Notes: generated from the letters alone by a model not told the origin. Shown: positions 1 to 10,239, counted from the whole stretch's first letter. The stretch is 54,344 nucleotides of DNA, filler included, from Candidatus Zhuqueibacterota bacterium (GCA_016783505.1; 3 parts of 3 records of this genome joined end to end with filler, not necessarily neighbours in it); one strand, 5' to 3'. A program made the numbers and translations.

Positions 1-659
1 AGGGAGATATTGCCAGACTTCCCGATATTGTTCGGCTGGCCAAGCAATACGGAGCCCAAATTATGGTAGACGATGCCCACGCCATCGGTGTTCTGGGCCG
101 GAATGGGGATGGCACTGCCTCTCATTTCAACCTTAACAATGATGTGGACCTGGTGATGGGGACATTCAGTAAGTCATTGGCCGCCATCGGGGGGTTCATC
201 GCCTCATCGGAACCGGTCATCCACTACTTGAAGCACTTTTCCCGGGCGTTGATATTCAGTGCCTCACCCCCACCGGCTTCGGTTGCTACTGTAATCGCCG
301 CCCTGGATATCATCATAAACGAACCCGAACGAAGGGAGAGGCTGTGGGCAAATACGGAACGGATGCGCCGGGGGCTGAAGGGCCTGGGCTTTAACACAGG
401 GAATTCAGAGACACCCATCATTCCGGTGATCATCGGGGATGATCTTTTGGTCTTTAAGATGTGCAGGATGCTTCAGGATGAGGGGGTGTTCGTCAACCCG
501 GTGGTCTCCCCGGCCGTTCCCCCTAAGGAAACGCTGATCCGCATTAGCTTGATGTCCACCCATACCTTTGACCAGATTGATACTGCTCTGGAAAAGATGG
601 AAAAGGTAGGAAAGAAACTAAAGGTTATTCATTACCAAAAGCAAGGGAGGATGAAATGA
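1..659 (+). CDS. PLP-dependent alpha-oxoamine synthase, serine palmitoyltransferase-like (5'-truncated by window edge)
   Basis: Frame is open from the window start (..EGDIARLPDIV..). DDAH and GTFSKS PLP-lysine motifs are present. GTFSKS is typical of bacterial SPT rather than KBL/BioF. Confidence 0.8.
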   Translation, partial: GDIARLPDIVRLAKQYGAQIMVDDAHAIGVLGRNGDGTASHFNLNNDVDLVMGTFSKSLAAIGGFIASSEPVIHYLKHFSRALIFSASPPPASVATVIAALDIIINEPERRERLWANTERMRRGLKGLGFNTGNSETPIIPVIIGDDLLVFKMCRMLQDEGVFVNPVVSPAVPPKETLIRISLMSTHTFDQIDTALEKMEKVGKKLKVIHYQKQGRMK

Positions 660-1396
660 GCAGAATAGCTGTTTGTACGGTGATCTTTTCCCTGTTGATC
701 ACTGCCGCGCCAGTGGCCCAGGAATTAACAGCCCTGGAAATCCTGAAAAAGGCCGATGCCGTCGCCAACGAGCCTGAAGATCAGGACATTAAATTGAAGA
801 TGATCCTGATAGACAAAGATGGTCTGGAAAAGGAAAGGGAGATGATCATGCTCCAGAAGGGGACTCAAAAGCGGAGGGTTAAGTTTCTTTCTCCAGCGGA
901 TGTCAAAGGGCTGGCTTTTCTGGGGTTGCCTGATGACGTCATGTACCTGTATCTTCCTGCGTTCAAGAAGGTAAGACGGATTGCCTCCCATGTCAAAAAT
1001 ACCAGCTTTGCGGGGACGGATTTTACCTACGATGACATGGGCTCCATCAATTTTGCCGACGATTACGACCCAATACTCCTGGAAAAATCTGAGGACTTCT
1101 ACGTGCTCAGATTGACCCCCAAAGCGGGGGTGAAAAAGGATTATGGCTGGCTCAAAATGTGGGTTGGGGGGGATAACTTTTATCCGGTAAAAATCGAATT
1201 TTACGATAAGGACGAGAAGCTGTGGAAGGTAATGGAGCGCAAAAGAATAGAAAAAATAGATGGCCATTGGACAGCCAGGGAAGTGGTCATGAGGGATCTT
1301 AAAAAAAGGCACCGAACGGAAATGGTCATACAGGAGGTAAAATTTGACACCGGATTGAAAGATGAATTGTTTACCCAAAGGTATCTAAAGCGGTAA
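656..1396 (+). CDS. Outer-membrane lipoprotein-sorting (LolA-like) periplasmic protein
   Basis: Signal peptide; motifs FLSPADVKG..YLYLPAFKKVRRI..SFAGTDFTYDD..LFTQRYL. Confidence 0.8.
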   Translation: MSRIAVCTVIFSLLITAAPVAQELTALEILKKADAVANEPEDQDIKLKMILIDKDGLEKEREMIMLQKGTQKRRVKFLSPADVKGLAFLGLPDDVMYLYLPAFKKVRRIASHVKNTSFAGTDFTYDDMGSINFADDYDPILLEKSEDFYVLRLTPKAGVKKDYGWLKMWVGGDNFYPVKIEFYDKDEKLWKVMERKRIEKIDGHWTAREVVMRDLKKRHRTEMVIQEVKFDTGLKDELFTQRYLKR

Positions 1397-1469
1397 CCGA
1401 ATCATATTTGATCTAATCAAAAAGTTATTTTGACGAGCGGTACATTCCAAAAATGAGGTCTAAGATTCA

Positions 1470-1679
1470 GTGGGGTGGACTATGAAGTGGACAATATTTA
1501 CCATTGGTGTCATCATTTTTTTAGTTGGGTCAATAATTGCTTTATGGAGGGGAAGGATAAGAACATTTCTTATTAACGTTTTTGACCTACCCGAACACAT
1601 GGTGATAAATTCTGGCACTATTTTAGCAGCCCTGGGTTTGGCAATGGTGGGGTTTAGTTTATTGGACCTATTTTTCTAA
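1470..1679 (+). CDS. Small two-TM membrane protein
   Basis: Two hydrophobic helices; co-directional within the cluster. Confidence 0.5.
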   Translation: MGWTMKWTIFTIGVIIFLVGSIIALWRGRIRTFLINVFDLPEHMVINSGTILAALGLAMVGFSLLDLFF

Positions 1680-1691
1680 AGATCTTGCCAA

Positions 1692-2789
1692 GTGAAAAAT
1701 TTATTGTCCACTCTCCTGTTTACTATTTTTTTCGTTTTCAAAGTTAGTTTTGCGGAAGATTTTCCCATTAAGGACCGGTTTTACCGGGGCCACGACATTG
1801 GGGCCAGAGCGGCGGCAATGGGAGGGGCGTTTGTAGCCCTAGCCAATGATGCATCAGGGATTTATTGGAATCCTGCCGGATTATCAAACCTTAACAGGGA
1901 TTTTTTAAATATATCTTACCATTTCCTTCCCCAACAAAGGCCCAGTTGGACAGCATTGGTCAAACCTTCCCGGTTAATCAGGAGTAAGCAATTTATTTTT
2001 ATAGGGGTGGCTTCTAAAGATGGGGGTTTTGCCTGGCGGCCCCTCGCTAACGTAAATGAGAAGAATTCCTATCTTCAAGAAACCAATGTGCAGGGGGATG
2101 TCATTGAAAAGTGGACTGATGTTGAATATGGACTAAACGAATTCACCCTTAGTTTAGTGGAACTGCGGGGATCGGTCTCTATTGGCTTGAACATAAAATA
2201 TCTGGACGGTTCATTGGCTTTTGCCAGAAAATGGAAACTCAATGATAGCTGGCAGGAGCCGTATGCCAATATAGACCACGGTCGCGGTTTCAGCGGCGAT
2301 TTTGGCTTTTTGATTATGGGAGATCACTTAAATATAGGTTTGTCAGTATCCGACCTGCTGTCAAGGATTTACTGGGCAGATTATCCCACCCAAAGTTTAG
2401 AAACTAATGCCGCTCTGGGATTAGCCTTAAAATTAAGAGAACTGACCTTAGCTGGTGACATTGAAGGTAGAATAAAAGAAAGGAGCGATTTTTTTTACCA
2501 TTTGGGATTTGAAAAAAGATTTATTAAAAAAAACCGTCGAACGCAGCAAGGGTATCCACGGCGCAGCTCGGAAAGCATCTGGTCAAGAATAAAATCCGGG
2601 TCTTTTTTCTTCAGGGGTGGGGTTACTGGTAAACCCCAGAAGTCATCGGAACCGGGTGTCTTCAGCATCGGTTCAGGATATTTTTATCAAAACTACGGTC
2701 TGGACATAGCTGTTTTAAATGAGGACATCATGAAATTTGGGGATACTAACAGCAGTTTATTCCAACTTTCTGTGGTCTCTACATTTTAA
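1692..2789 (+). CDS. PorV/FadL-like outer-membrane beta-barrel protein
   Basis: Signal peptide; GARAAAMGGAFVALANDASGIYWNPAGL motif; C-terminal Phe. Confidence 0.75.
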   Translation: MKNLLSTLLFTIFFVFKVSFAEDFPIKDRFYRGHDIGARAAAMGGAFVALANDASGIYWNPAGLSNLNRDFLNISYHFLPQQRPSWTALVKPSRLIRSKQFIFIGVASKDGGFAWRPLANVNEKNSYLQETNVQGDVIEKWTDVEYGLNEFTLSLVELRGSVSIGLNIKYLDGSLAFARKWKLNDSWQEPYANIDHGRGFSGDFGFLIMGDHLNIGLSVSDLLSRIYWADYPTQSLETNAALGLALKLRELTLAGDIEGRIKERSDFFYHLGFEKRFIKKNRRTQQGYPRRSSESIWSRIKSGSFFFRGGVTGKPQKSSEPGVFSIGSGYFYQNYGLDIAVLNEDIMKFGDTNSSLFQLSVVSTF

Positions 2790-3761
2790 ATGGGAGGGAG
2801 AAGAAACATAAGGGTCGGCTTGGCACTGAGCAGCGGTGCCGCAAGGGGTTTAGCCCACATTGGGGTCATAAAAGAGCTGGTTGCCAATGATGTCCCCATA
2901 GATTATGTGGCAGGCACCAGCGGGGGTGCGTTCATCGGGGCCTTATTTTGTGCCGGAATGGGAATTGATGAAATAGGGGAAATTGCCCGCAATAGTGATT
3001 GGAAACTGGTGGCGAGGATGTTTGTCCCTGCTTTCTCCCGCTCTGGATTTGTTCGCGGAAAGCGGATAAAAGAATTTCTGCGCACCCTGGTGGGCGACAT
3101 AAACATCAACGACCTGGAGATTCCCTTCGCCGCTGTCGCCACCTCATTAGAAACCGGTGAGGAGATCGTCATAGATAAAGGGTCGTTAATAGAAGCGGTC
3201 AGGGCCAGTATTGCCACCCCCATCATATTCACGCCGGTGTCTGCCTGGGGTCGTTTATTGATGGACGGGGGATTAGTGAACCCCCTTCCCATTAGTGTGG
3301 TAAAGAAAATGGGTGCAGATGTGGTTATTGCGGTAAAGGTTTTCCCGACAGCAACACAGCGGGTCAGGAGGCTGGGTGTTAAAAGTGCCAAAAAAAGGGT
3401 TCTTCAAAAGAAAATTTTGAGTTCTACTGTCCTGAATAATTATTTGGCCAGGTATTTAAAAAACGAAGTGGAAAAAAGCGGCGAATTTCCGGGGACCCGT
3501 ATATTATCCTTTGAAAAAAATGTCAAATTATCCCCAGGCATGATTAATATTTTGATGCAGACCTTTTCCATCGTTGAAAACCAAATCTATTCCTTGAGAA
3601 TACATCACGAAAAACCGGATGTCCTTTTAGAACCTCAAATAGATTCCACAGGCTATTTAGAATTTTTTAGAGCAGGGACGATTATTAATGCTGGTGAAAA
3701 AGCCGCTTCTGGATCCATGCCGGTGATTAAACAAATAATCAAAAATCTTAATAATTCCTAA
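2790..3761 (+). CDS. Patatin-like phospholipase (RssA/NTE type)
   Basis: LALSSGAARGLAHIG, GTSGG nucleophile motif and DGG motif. Confidence 0.9.
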   Translation: MGGRRNIRVGLALSSGAARGLAHIGVIKELVANDVPIDYVAGTSGGAFIGALFCAGMGIDEIGEIARNSDWKLVARMFVPAFSRSGFVRGKRIKEFLRTLVGDININDLEIPFAAVATSLETGEEIVIDKGSLIEAVRASIATPIIFTPVSAWGRLLMDGGLVNPLPISVVKKMGADVVIAVKVFPTATQRVRRLGVKSAKKRVLQKKILSSTVLNNYLARYLKNEVEKSGEFPGTRILSFEKNVKLSPGMINILMQTFSIVENQIYSLRIHHEKPDVLLEPQIDSTGYLEFFRAGTIINAGEKAASGSMPVIKQIIKNLNNS

Positions 3762-3775
3762 GGTGCTACAAACTA

Positions 3776-4780
3776 ATGGGCCATCTTAAAAAGATGTTCT
3801 ATTTTTCATATGTACTGATCAGTCTGCTGGTTTTGATAGGCATCTTTTTATTTACGACCAGGGGGGAAACCTGGACAGGCATTTTCAAGTTCGATTTAGT
3901 ATATTTGCCGCCAATCCTGTTGGCTGTTCTTTTAAAATGGATGTTTGACGGTCTGAGTCTAAAGGTATTGGTTGATAACGCTTCTCAAGTAAAAATAGGG
4001 ATATTAGAAGCGACTACCATGCGGCTGAAGAGCTATTTTGTGTATGCTGTGGTTCCCATCGTCTTTAGTGCCGCTTATTTTCAGATATATCTTTTGGCTA
4101 AGGAAAAAATGTCGCCCGGATACGGGGCTGGCATTACCGCCCTGAGGGCAACCCTGCCGATTTGTCTTTTTGCCATCATCCTGCCCATCGCTTTGGGGTT
4201 GGGATATGATCCGGTGGGGGCGGGCCTGTTCCAACGATTTTTGCAGTTGGCCACCTTTCCCGTAATAGCTGCTTTATTCCTTCTATCCATAGGCTTATTT
4301 TTCCCCCAGCTAGTGAAGGGGATGTTCGCCGTAATCATATCCGGATTACAGAAGATCAGGGTGCTGTCCCGCTTCCTGTCGCTGGAGCCTTTGCAGCGGG
4401 TCTTTAAAGAGATTTCGGATGAATTAACGCATACATTACTTCTATTCTTTAGAGAAAAGAAAATTATCATCATGGCATCCGCCTTGTTTCTCCTAATATC
4501 CCTCGCCTTTGACTTAGCCATTCCCATCCTTGTATTGGGAGGCTTTGGTTGCCATCCGCCCTTAGGAAAATCGGTGTTGATCCAGTTGTATCTTAAACCC
4601 ATTCTCTATTTTGCGCCCACTCCGGGGGCGAGCGGCATCAGTGAATTGGGCTATGCGGGTTTCTTCGGCATATTTGCCCCGGCGTATCTGGTGGGCCTTT
4701 CCGTTCTTCTGTGGAGATTTGCCTCCGCCTTTCTTGGGGTCATAACTGGTGGAGTATTACTTCTAAATTCATTCAAATGA
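3776..4780 (+). CDS. Lysylphosphatidylglycerol-synthase TM / flippase-like membrane protein
   Basis: Multi-TM; C-terminal PTPGASGISE..LLWR motif. Confidence 0.75.
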   Translation: MGHLKKMFYFSYVLISLLVLIGIFLFTTRGETWTGIFKFDLVYLPPILLAVLLKWMFDGLSLKVLVDNASQVKIGILEATTMRLKSYFVYAVVPIVFSAAYFQIYLLAKEKMSPGYGAGITALRATLPICLFAIILPIALGLGYDPVGAGLFQRFLQLATFPVIAALFLLSIGLFFPQLVKGMFAVIISGLQKIRVLSRFLSLEPLQRVFKEISDELTHTLLLFFREKKIIIMASALFLLISLAFDLAIPILVLGGFGCHPPLGKSVLIQLYLKPILYFAPTPGASGISELGYAGFFGIFAPAYLVGLSVLLWRFASAFLGVITGGVLLLNSFK

Positions 4781-4829
4781 AAAGTGGAATGATATTTTTT
4801 GACCTAAGCAAAGAAAGGAGGGTTCCCTG

Positions 4830-6185
4830 ATGAGGAAAGCATCATTATTGACTGTGGCTTTAATTATGCTGATCTCCGGTAGTCTTTCTTCGGTAAAGGC
4901 ACAGTTAAACATCGGCGGCTACGTGAAGACGGACAACAGATTTCGTCTACAAGAAGATTATCGGTTCACCTGGAATGAGAATCGGCTGAATCTCAAAGGG
5001 GAGCTGTCGCCCTCCGGGGAAACACATTTTTATAGTGAAATTTGGTTAAGGGGCCTTGGTTTTCCTACGCCCTTGGAGGGGGCCGATTTGCAGCGTCGTG
5101 ATAAAAGTCTGGTAGCTCCATGGAGCCTGGAACTGCGGGAGGCTTACCTTGACCTTTATGGTTTTTTGACTGACGATTTGGATGTGCGTATCGGCCGTCA
5201 GCGCATCGCCTGGGGCACGGCAGATAAGCTTAATCCCACCGATAACCTCAATCCCGATGACCTGGAGGATATCTTTGATTTCGGGGCAAAACTGGGCGTC
5301 AATGCTCTGAAGGCCACCTACTATCTGGGCGGCCTTACCCTGACAGGCGTTTACATCCCCATTTTTACGCCGGCAACCCTTCCACCGCCGGACTGGGCCT
5401 CGGCATTAGCACCCCCAACAGAACTACCCCAGGGAATGATTTTGGGAAAGGTGACCGATACCATAGCCTTGCCTGAAGACAAACCTGTCAAATCATCCAT
5501 GGTGGGCCTCAAACTAGAAACCAGTCTATTCAATTACGACTTTTCTTTGAGCTATTTTAACGGCAGGGATGACTTACCTTTAGCCACTGCAATTACAATT
5601 AATCCCGTGGATACCTTGGGTACTGTCGATGTCGCCACTGAACTATGTTATCCTTCAATGAAGGTGATCGGCTTGGATATGGCGGGGGCAGTCGGCAAAA
5701 TAGGGGTCTGGGCGGAAGGGGCGCTCTTTATTCCCGAAGAGGTGGAACTGGCTACGACAATACCCACCCCCCTGGGAATGGCTACCCAAAAATCCATTGC
5801 TCTGGACGATGAGCCTTACCTTAAATTTGTGATGGGTGGGGATTACACGTTTAAAAATGGCTTCTACATTAACGCCCAATACCTGCACGGTTTCATCCAC
5901 GAACGGGGAAAGGATCAATTGGAGGATTATTTTGCCTTCGGTGTGGAAAAGAAATTCCTGAATGATAAGTTGAAAGTTGTTCCTTTTGGTGGTGCCATTG
6001 AAGTGGCAGACTGGGGAGATCTGGAAAATAATTATGCCTTCATTGGCGCCCCTGAGATTGACTATTACCCTTCGGATGCCGTCGAATTGACGGTAGGGGC
6101 TTATTTGATTGACGGAAAGGGGAGCGCATTCGGGAAGGTTAAGGATAACGATGAGGTTTTCATAAAGGTAAAATTCAGTTTCTGA
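4830..6185 (+). CDS. Outer-membrane beta-barrel protein (DUF1302-like)
   Basis: RBS AAGGAGG; signal peptide; LREAYLD..RIGRQRIAWG..NPTD motif; C-terminal KFSF. Confidence 0.7.
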   Translation: MRKASLLTVALIMLISGSLSSVKAQLNIGGYVKTDNRFRLQEDYRFTWNENRLNLKGELSPSGETHFYSEIWLRGLGFPTPLEGADLQRRDKSLVAPWSLELREAYLDLYGFLTDDLDVRIGRQRIAWGTADKLNPTDNLNPDDLEDIFDFGAKLGVNALKATYYLGGLTLTGVYIPIFTPATLPPPDWASALAPPTELPQGMILGKVTDTIALPEDKPVKSSMVGLKLETSLFNYDFSLSYFNGRDDLPLATAITINPVDTLGTVDVATELCYPSMKVIGLDMAGAVGKIGVWAEGALFIPEEVELATTIPTPLGMATQKSIALDDEPYLKFVMGGDYTFKNGFYINAQYLHGFIHERGKDQLEDYFAFGVEKKFLNDKLKVVPFGGAIEVADWGDLENNYAFIGAPEIDYYPSDAVELTVGAYLIDGKGSAFGKVKDNDEVFIKVKFSF

Positions 6186-6211
6186 TTAAGAATAAATAAC
6201 CAAAATTTCTT

Positions 6212-7018
6212 ATGATAAAACCATACATAAAACCTTATACCTGGACTATCATTCTATTTTTAGTATTAAATTTCTGTGTTCAAGGAGTCACCATGGCCCA
6301 GTCCGATGTCTGGCGGGAGGGTGAGGAGCTCGTCTATAAAGTCAAGTGGTCCTTCATCCGCCTGGGCACATTGCGTCTTAGGGTTGCGGATAAACTTCAA
6401 ATCGGGGGAGGGGATGCTTACCGGGTAATATTGAATATTGACTCCAATCCATTACTGTTCTTTTTAAATGTCCACAATTCTTATGAAAGCGTCATTGACG
6501 AAGAATTTTTCCCCCATTATTTCCTCGCCGACGAAATCATAAAGGGGGTGAAGGTTAAAACTGAATACCGGTTTGACTATGATCAGCAGATAATTTTTAC
6601 CAAGGAAATAAGAGGGGGGAAGAGCACGGAACCAACCATCGGCGAGATACCCCTATTAGAGAAGATACAGGACAGCATGTCCCTTGTCTACTTTGCCCGA
6701 GGGAATGTTTATCAAAAGAAAACAATTAGAATTCCAGTCATGGTGGAGACGAAGATAGAGTATGTAGATATTGTCTTTAAAAACAAAAGGAGGATGCTGG
6801 AGATTGATGCCACTGCCCGTCCGGTTGAGGTGGTTGGGCTGGAGGGGGAGACAGACCTTAAAGGCATTGCTGGCTTCACCGGTGAGTTTCAGGGATGGTT
6901 CAGCACCGATGGCCGGGCGGTGCCCTTGCGGGCTAAAATGAAGGTTTCTTACGGAAACGTAATCGTTGAGCTCGAAAAATGGGATAAATGGGAAAATCAA
7001 GGGTATGTTGCACCATAG
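6212..7018 (+). CDS. DUF3108-like exported protein (copy 1)
   Basis: Signal peptide; GEELVYKVKW..G and WFSTD..AVPLRAKMK motifs. Confidence 0.75.
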   Translation: MIKPYIKPYTWTIILFLVLNFCVQGVTMAQSDVWREGEELVYKVKWSFIRLGTLRLRVADKLQIGGGDAYRVILNIDSNPLLFFLNVHNSYESVIDEEFFPHYFLADEIIKGVKVKTEYRFDYDQQIIFTKEIRGGKSTEPTIGEIPLLEKIQDSMSLVYFARGNVYQKKTIRIPVMVETKIEYVDIVFKNKRRMLEIDATARPVEVVGLEGETDLKGIAGFTGEFQGWFSTDGRAVPLRAKMKVSYGNVIVELEKWDKWENQGYVAP

Positions 7019-7074
7019 AAAAAATGAAAGAATTCAAGTTTTTGGTTTGACAGAGGTATAAAAAATAGACTATT
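6737..7074 (+). repeat. Left copy of ~340-bp direct repeat (3' end of DUF3108 plus downstream sequence)
   Basis: Aligns by eye with 9184-9529, through the stop codon and on to TAGACTATT. Confidence 0.9.
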
Positions 7075-7203
7075 AATGAGACTGTCTATAAATACTGTGC
7101 TTAGGTTCTCTGGAATTTTTATCTGGATTTTTATAGGAATTCTTTATTACAGGTTGTCATTAGTTGATGTTTTTTCTCCCCTAGTTTTTTTCTTCTTTTT
7201 CAA

Positions 7204-7503
7204 ATGGATCAAAAAAAAGAAAAGGGAAAAGAGTCTTATCGTAAATATTATGAACGCAATAGGGATAAGATTCTTGCAAGGCAGCGGAAATATTACTGGG
7301 AAAACAGGGAACGCAGACTACAAATACTTAGAAATTATAGGGAACGAAATAAGGAGAAGATAAGGACAAATCAACGCCTTAGATATCAAAAAAATAAAGA
7401 TTATTGGGTAAGATATAGGCGTGAACATATAGAATATTCCCGTGAATATCACAACAAATACTATCAGAAGAACAGGAAAAGGATTTTGCAGATAAAAGCG
7501 TAA
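7204..7503 (+). CDS. Small basic Tyr/Arg/Lys-repeat protein
   Basis: Repeated YYERNRDKI / YYWENRERR / YRERNKEKI / YYQKNRKRI units. Confidence 0.5.
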   Translation: MDQKKEKGKESYRKYYERNRDKILARQRKYYWENRERRLQILRNYRERNKEKIRTNQRLRYQKNKDYWVRYRREHIEYSREYHNKYYQKNRKRILQIKA

Positions 7504-7593
7504 ATCTAAGGCGGTATAGACTAATTTCTCTTTTTTTTAATCATTAAAGTTTGTTGCAGTTTTGGGATAAATATAAAATAAGGAAATAAAGAT

Positions 7594-9036
7594 ATGAAAT
7601 ATAACAAAAAAGATACTCATGGAAAGGAAGTTTTATTACTATTCCCACCACTGCGAGAACATATTTATGGAGATAAATGGAAACTTACCGAGAGTACAAC
7701 AGCACCATTAGGATTAATGTATCTGGCTACCCCTTTAGTCAATGCAGGATATAAGGTAAATTTTATTGATTTTACAGTCGATAAACTGGAAAAAGAACAA
7801 TATTTCAATATATTAAAAAATGCAGATTTTATTCTTATAACCTGTCTTACACAAACTTTTAAAAGCGTAAAAAAAATCATAAATGACATTAGGAGTGTAA
7901 ATAAAAATACCCTTATATTATGTGGTGGGCCTTATTGCAATGAAACCGAAAATTACGTTGAAGGTTCAGATCTAACTGTATTTGGCGAAGCTGATCTTGT
8001 GATTGTTAAGATATTGGACTTAATTTCATCAAAAAAATCATTAGATGGTATTCCTGGATTAAGTTATAGAAAAAATGGCAAGCTCATAAGAAATCCCGGG
8101 ACTCTTCTCATTGAAAATCTAGACTTTATTGAACCTCCTTCATTTGAATTGGCTAAAAACAAGAATTATGGCTACCTTTATGGTGTGAAAATAAATGCTA
8201 TGACAGCAATGATAACTTCCAGAGGTTGTCCGTTTCGTTGTACCTTCTGTAATTTTCGCGGTATCAAATATAGAGTAAGATCTGTTGATAAGGTTATTCA
8301 GGAAATTAAGATACGGTTAGAAGAAGAGGCTGAATATATTATTTTTCATGATGATAATTTCTTATTGCGAAGAAATAGAGTTATCGAGTTAATGGATGAA
8401 ATTATAGAGAATAAGTTTAATCTTAAAATAGCTATCGTAGGTAGAGTTGATTTAGCTGATTATGTTTTATACAAGAAATTAAAAGAAGCTGGTGTTATCA
8501 TAATAATATACGGGATTGAAAGTGCCAATCAGGATGTTCTAGATTTTTATAATAAAAAAACCACTGTAGAGAAAACAAAAAAAGCTATTGCTATTGCGAA
8601 TAAAGTCGGGATTATTACATATGGTAATATTATTATTGGTGCCCCAATAGAAAAAAAGAGACACTTTGAAGTTAATAAAAAATTCCTGAAAGAGGTACCT
8701 TTAGATTTCTTGAATGTACACATTTTGCAATATGCTTGCCCTTCGGCACTATGGAATGACTTATATAAAAAAGGCCTAATTAATGAAAATGAAATTGTGG
8801 TGACAGCAAATAAAAAACTATCCAATTTTTCCAAAGAAGAATTAATGAAAGTTCAAGATGAATTGATTAAATCATTTTATAACAATCCAAAACGGATATT
8901 AAGGCTGACATATAAAATATCAAGAAATTTTGGAGTAAGTTTCATTTTTAAGTTATTGAATATGTTTTTTAGTAAAACCATTTATAGATCAGCAGAGAAA
9001 TTTCATGACTTTGTAGTAAAAGATGTACGATTATAA
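7594..9036 (+). CDS. Cobalamin-binding radical SAM protein (class B methyltransferase-like)
   Basis: PLGLMYLA N-terminal motif, GGP, GEAD, SRGCPFRCTFC, DDNF, GIES; markedly AT-rich. Confidence 0.9.
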   Translation: MKYNKKDTHGKEVLLLFPPLREHIYGDKWKLTESTTAPLGLMYLATPLVNAGYKVNFIDFTVDKLEKEQYFNILKNADFILITCLTQTFKSVKKIINDIRSVNKNTLILCGGPYCNETENYVEGSDLTVFGEADLVIVKILDLISSKKSLDGIPGLSYRKNGKLIRNPGTLLIENLDFIEPPSFELAKNKNYGYLYGVKINAMTAMITSRGCPFRCTFCNFRGIKYRVRSVDKVIQEIKIRLEEEAEYIIFHDDNFLLRRNRVIELMDEIIENKFNLKIAIVGRVDLADYVLYKKLKEAGVIIIIYGIESANQDVLDFYNKKTTVEKTKKAIAIANKVGIITYGNIIIGAPIEKKRHFEVNKKFLKEVPLDFLNVHILQYACPSALWNDLYKKGLINENEIVVTANKKLSNFSKEELMKVQDELIKSFYNNPKRILRLTYKISRNFGVSFIFKLLNMFFSKTIYRSAEKFHDFVVKDVRL

Positions 9037-9183
9037 ACAATATCGAAATAATCCAATTTTAGTTTTTTATGACAGTTAAGTACCCCCACTAAATCCTTCG
9101 TTCTAGTACGCCAGTAACTTGAACCCGAGAAAATAGTTACTTACGAGCGACAAAAATGGTAAAGTGGTAAGTACAAAATTTTG

Positions 9184-9529
9184 GTCTTGGCGGAGAGAAG
9201 AAGGAAAATAGAGTATATTAATATTGTTTTTAAAAACAAAATAAGGATGCTGAAGATTGATGCCATTGGCCGTCCGGTTGAAGTGGTTGGACTTGAAGGG
9301 GAGACAGACCTTAAAGGCATTGCTGGTTTTACCGGTAAGTTTCGGGGATGGTTCAGCACCGAAGGCCGGGCGGTTTCCCTGCTGGCTAAAATTGAGGTTT
9401 CTTACGGAAACATAACCATTGAACTCGAAGAATGGGATAAATGGAAAAATCAAGGATATGTTGCACCATAGGAAAAAACGAATAAAATTTACGTTTCTGG
9501 TTTGGTAGCGGTATAACAGATAGACTATT
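9184..9529 (+). pseudogene. Truncated duplicate of DUF3108 C-terminus (right copy of direct repeat)
   Basis: Encodes ..IEYINIVFKNK..WDKWKNQGYVAP*, near-identical to the end of 6212..7018; no N-terminal part. Confidence 0.85.
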
Positions 9530-10187
9530 GAATAAATTTGGGGTAAGATTGAAGAGGAAGGCGATTGGACAGCGTCAGCAGGTGGCCAGGGATAATTTCA
9601 TCTCGCTCATACGGAGGAAAATATCCCCACTGGTATATTTTTTATCCCGCTACCGGGTTCATCCCGACACCCTGTCCCTCACTGGTTTTGTCCTGAACTT
9701 TGTGGCGGCGGGCTTTTTTGGGATGGGGTGGCTGTTGGGGGCGGGTATTCTTCTGCTGTTGGGCGGTTTTCTGGATATGCTTGATGGAGAGTTCGCCCGC
9801 CTGAAGAATGAGACATCCCGTTATGGGGCCTTTCTGGATTCCGTATTAGATCGCTATTCTGAGTCAGCAGTGTTTTTGGGTCTGGCCATTTATTTCTGGC
9901 ATTCCTGGATGCTGGTGGTTGTTTCTCTGGCTTTCATCGGCTCCATCATGGTGAGCTATGTCCGGGCCCGGGCCCAGGGGCTGCAGATGGATTGTAAGGT
10001 GGGACTGATGCAGAGACCTGAACGAGTAGTCCTCATAGGTTCGGGAGCCCTCCTGAATGGTATTTTTGGGCTTTTTATTCCTTCCTTAAATGACGTTTTG
10101 CTAAAGACAGCTATCATTTTGCTGGCCCTCTTAGCACACTGGACAGCCCTTGTTAGAATACGGTTTGTCAGGAAAAATTTGAGATGA
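9528..10187 (+). CDS. CDP-alcohol phosphatidyltransferase (PgsA/PIP-synthase-like)
   Basis: DMLDGEFAR..SRYGAFLDSVLDRYSE signature; SYVRARAQ and GLMQRPER motifs; start uncertain. Confidence 0.85.
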   Translation: MNKFGVRLKRKAIGQRQQVARDNFISLIRRKISPLVYFLSRYRVHPDTLSLTGFVLNFVAAGFFGMGWLLGAGILLLLGGFLDMLDGEFARLKNETSRYGAFLDSVLDRYSESAVFLGLAIYFWHSWMLVVVSLAFIGSIMVSYVRARAQGLQMDCKVGLMQRPERVVLIGSGALLNGIFGLFIPSLNDVLLKTAIILLALLAHWTALVRIRFVRKNLR

Positions 10188-10208
10188 AAGCTAGTTTCAA
10201 AAAAAGAC

Positions 10209-10237
10209 TTGACAAAGATTAATTTTTTTTGTATATT
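10209..10237 (+). promoter_or_regulatory. Sigma70 promoter of tetR/efflux operon
   Basis: TTGACA (10209-14), 17-bp spacer, TATATT (10232-37). Confidence 0.85.
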
Positions 10238-10239
10238 GA

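Noticed and set aside
7076-7363. 95-aa hydrophobic ORF
   Set aside because: Driven by poly-T/poly-A tracts and overlaps 7204..7503 in another frame; cannot support it
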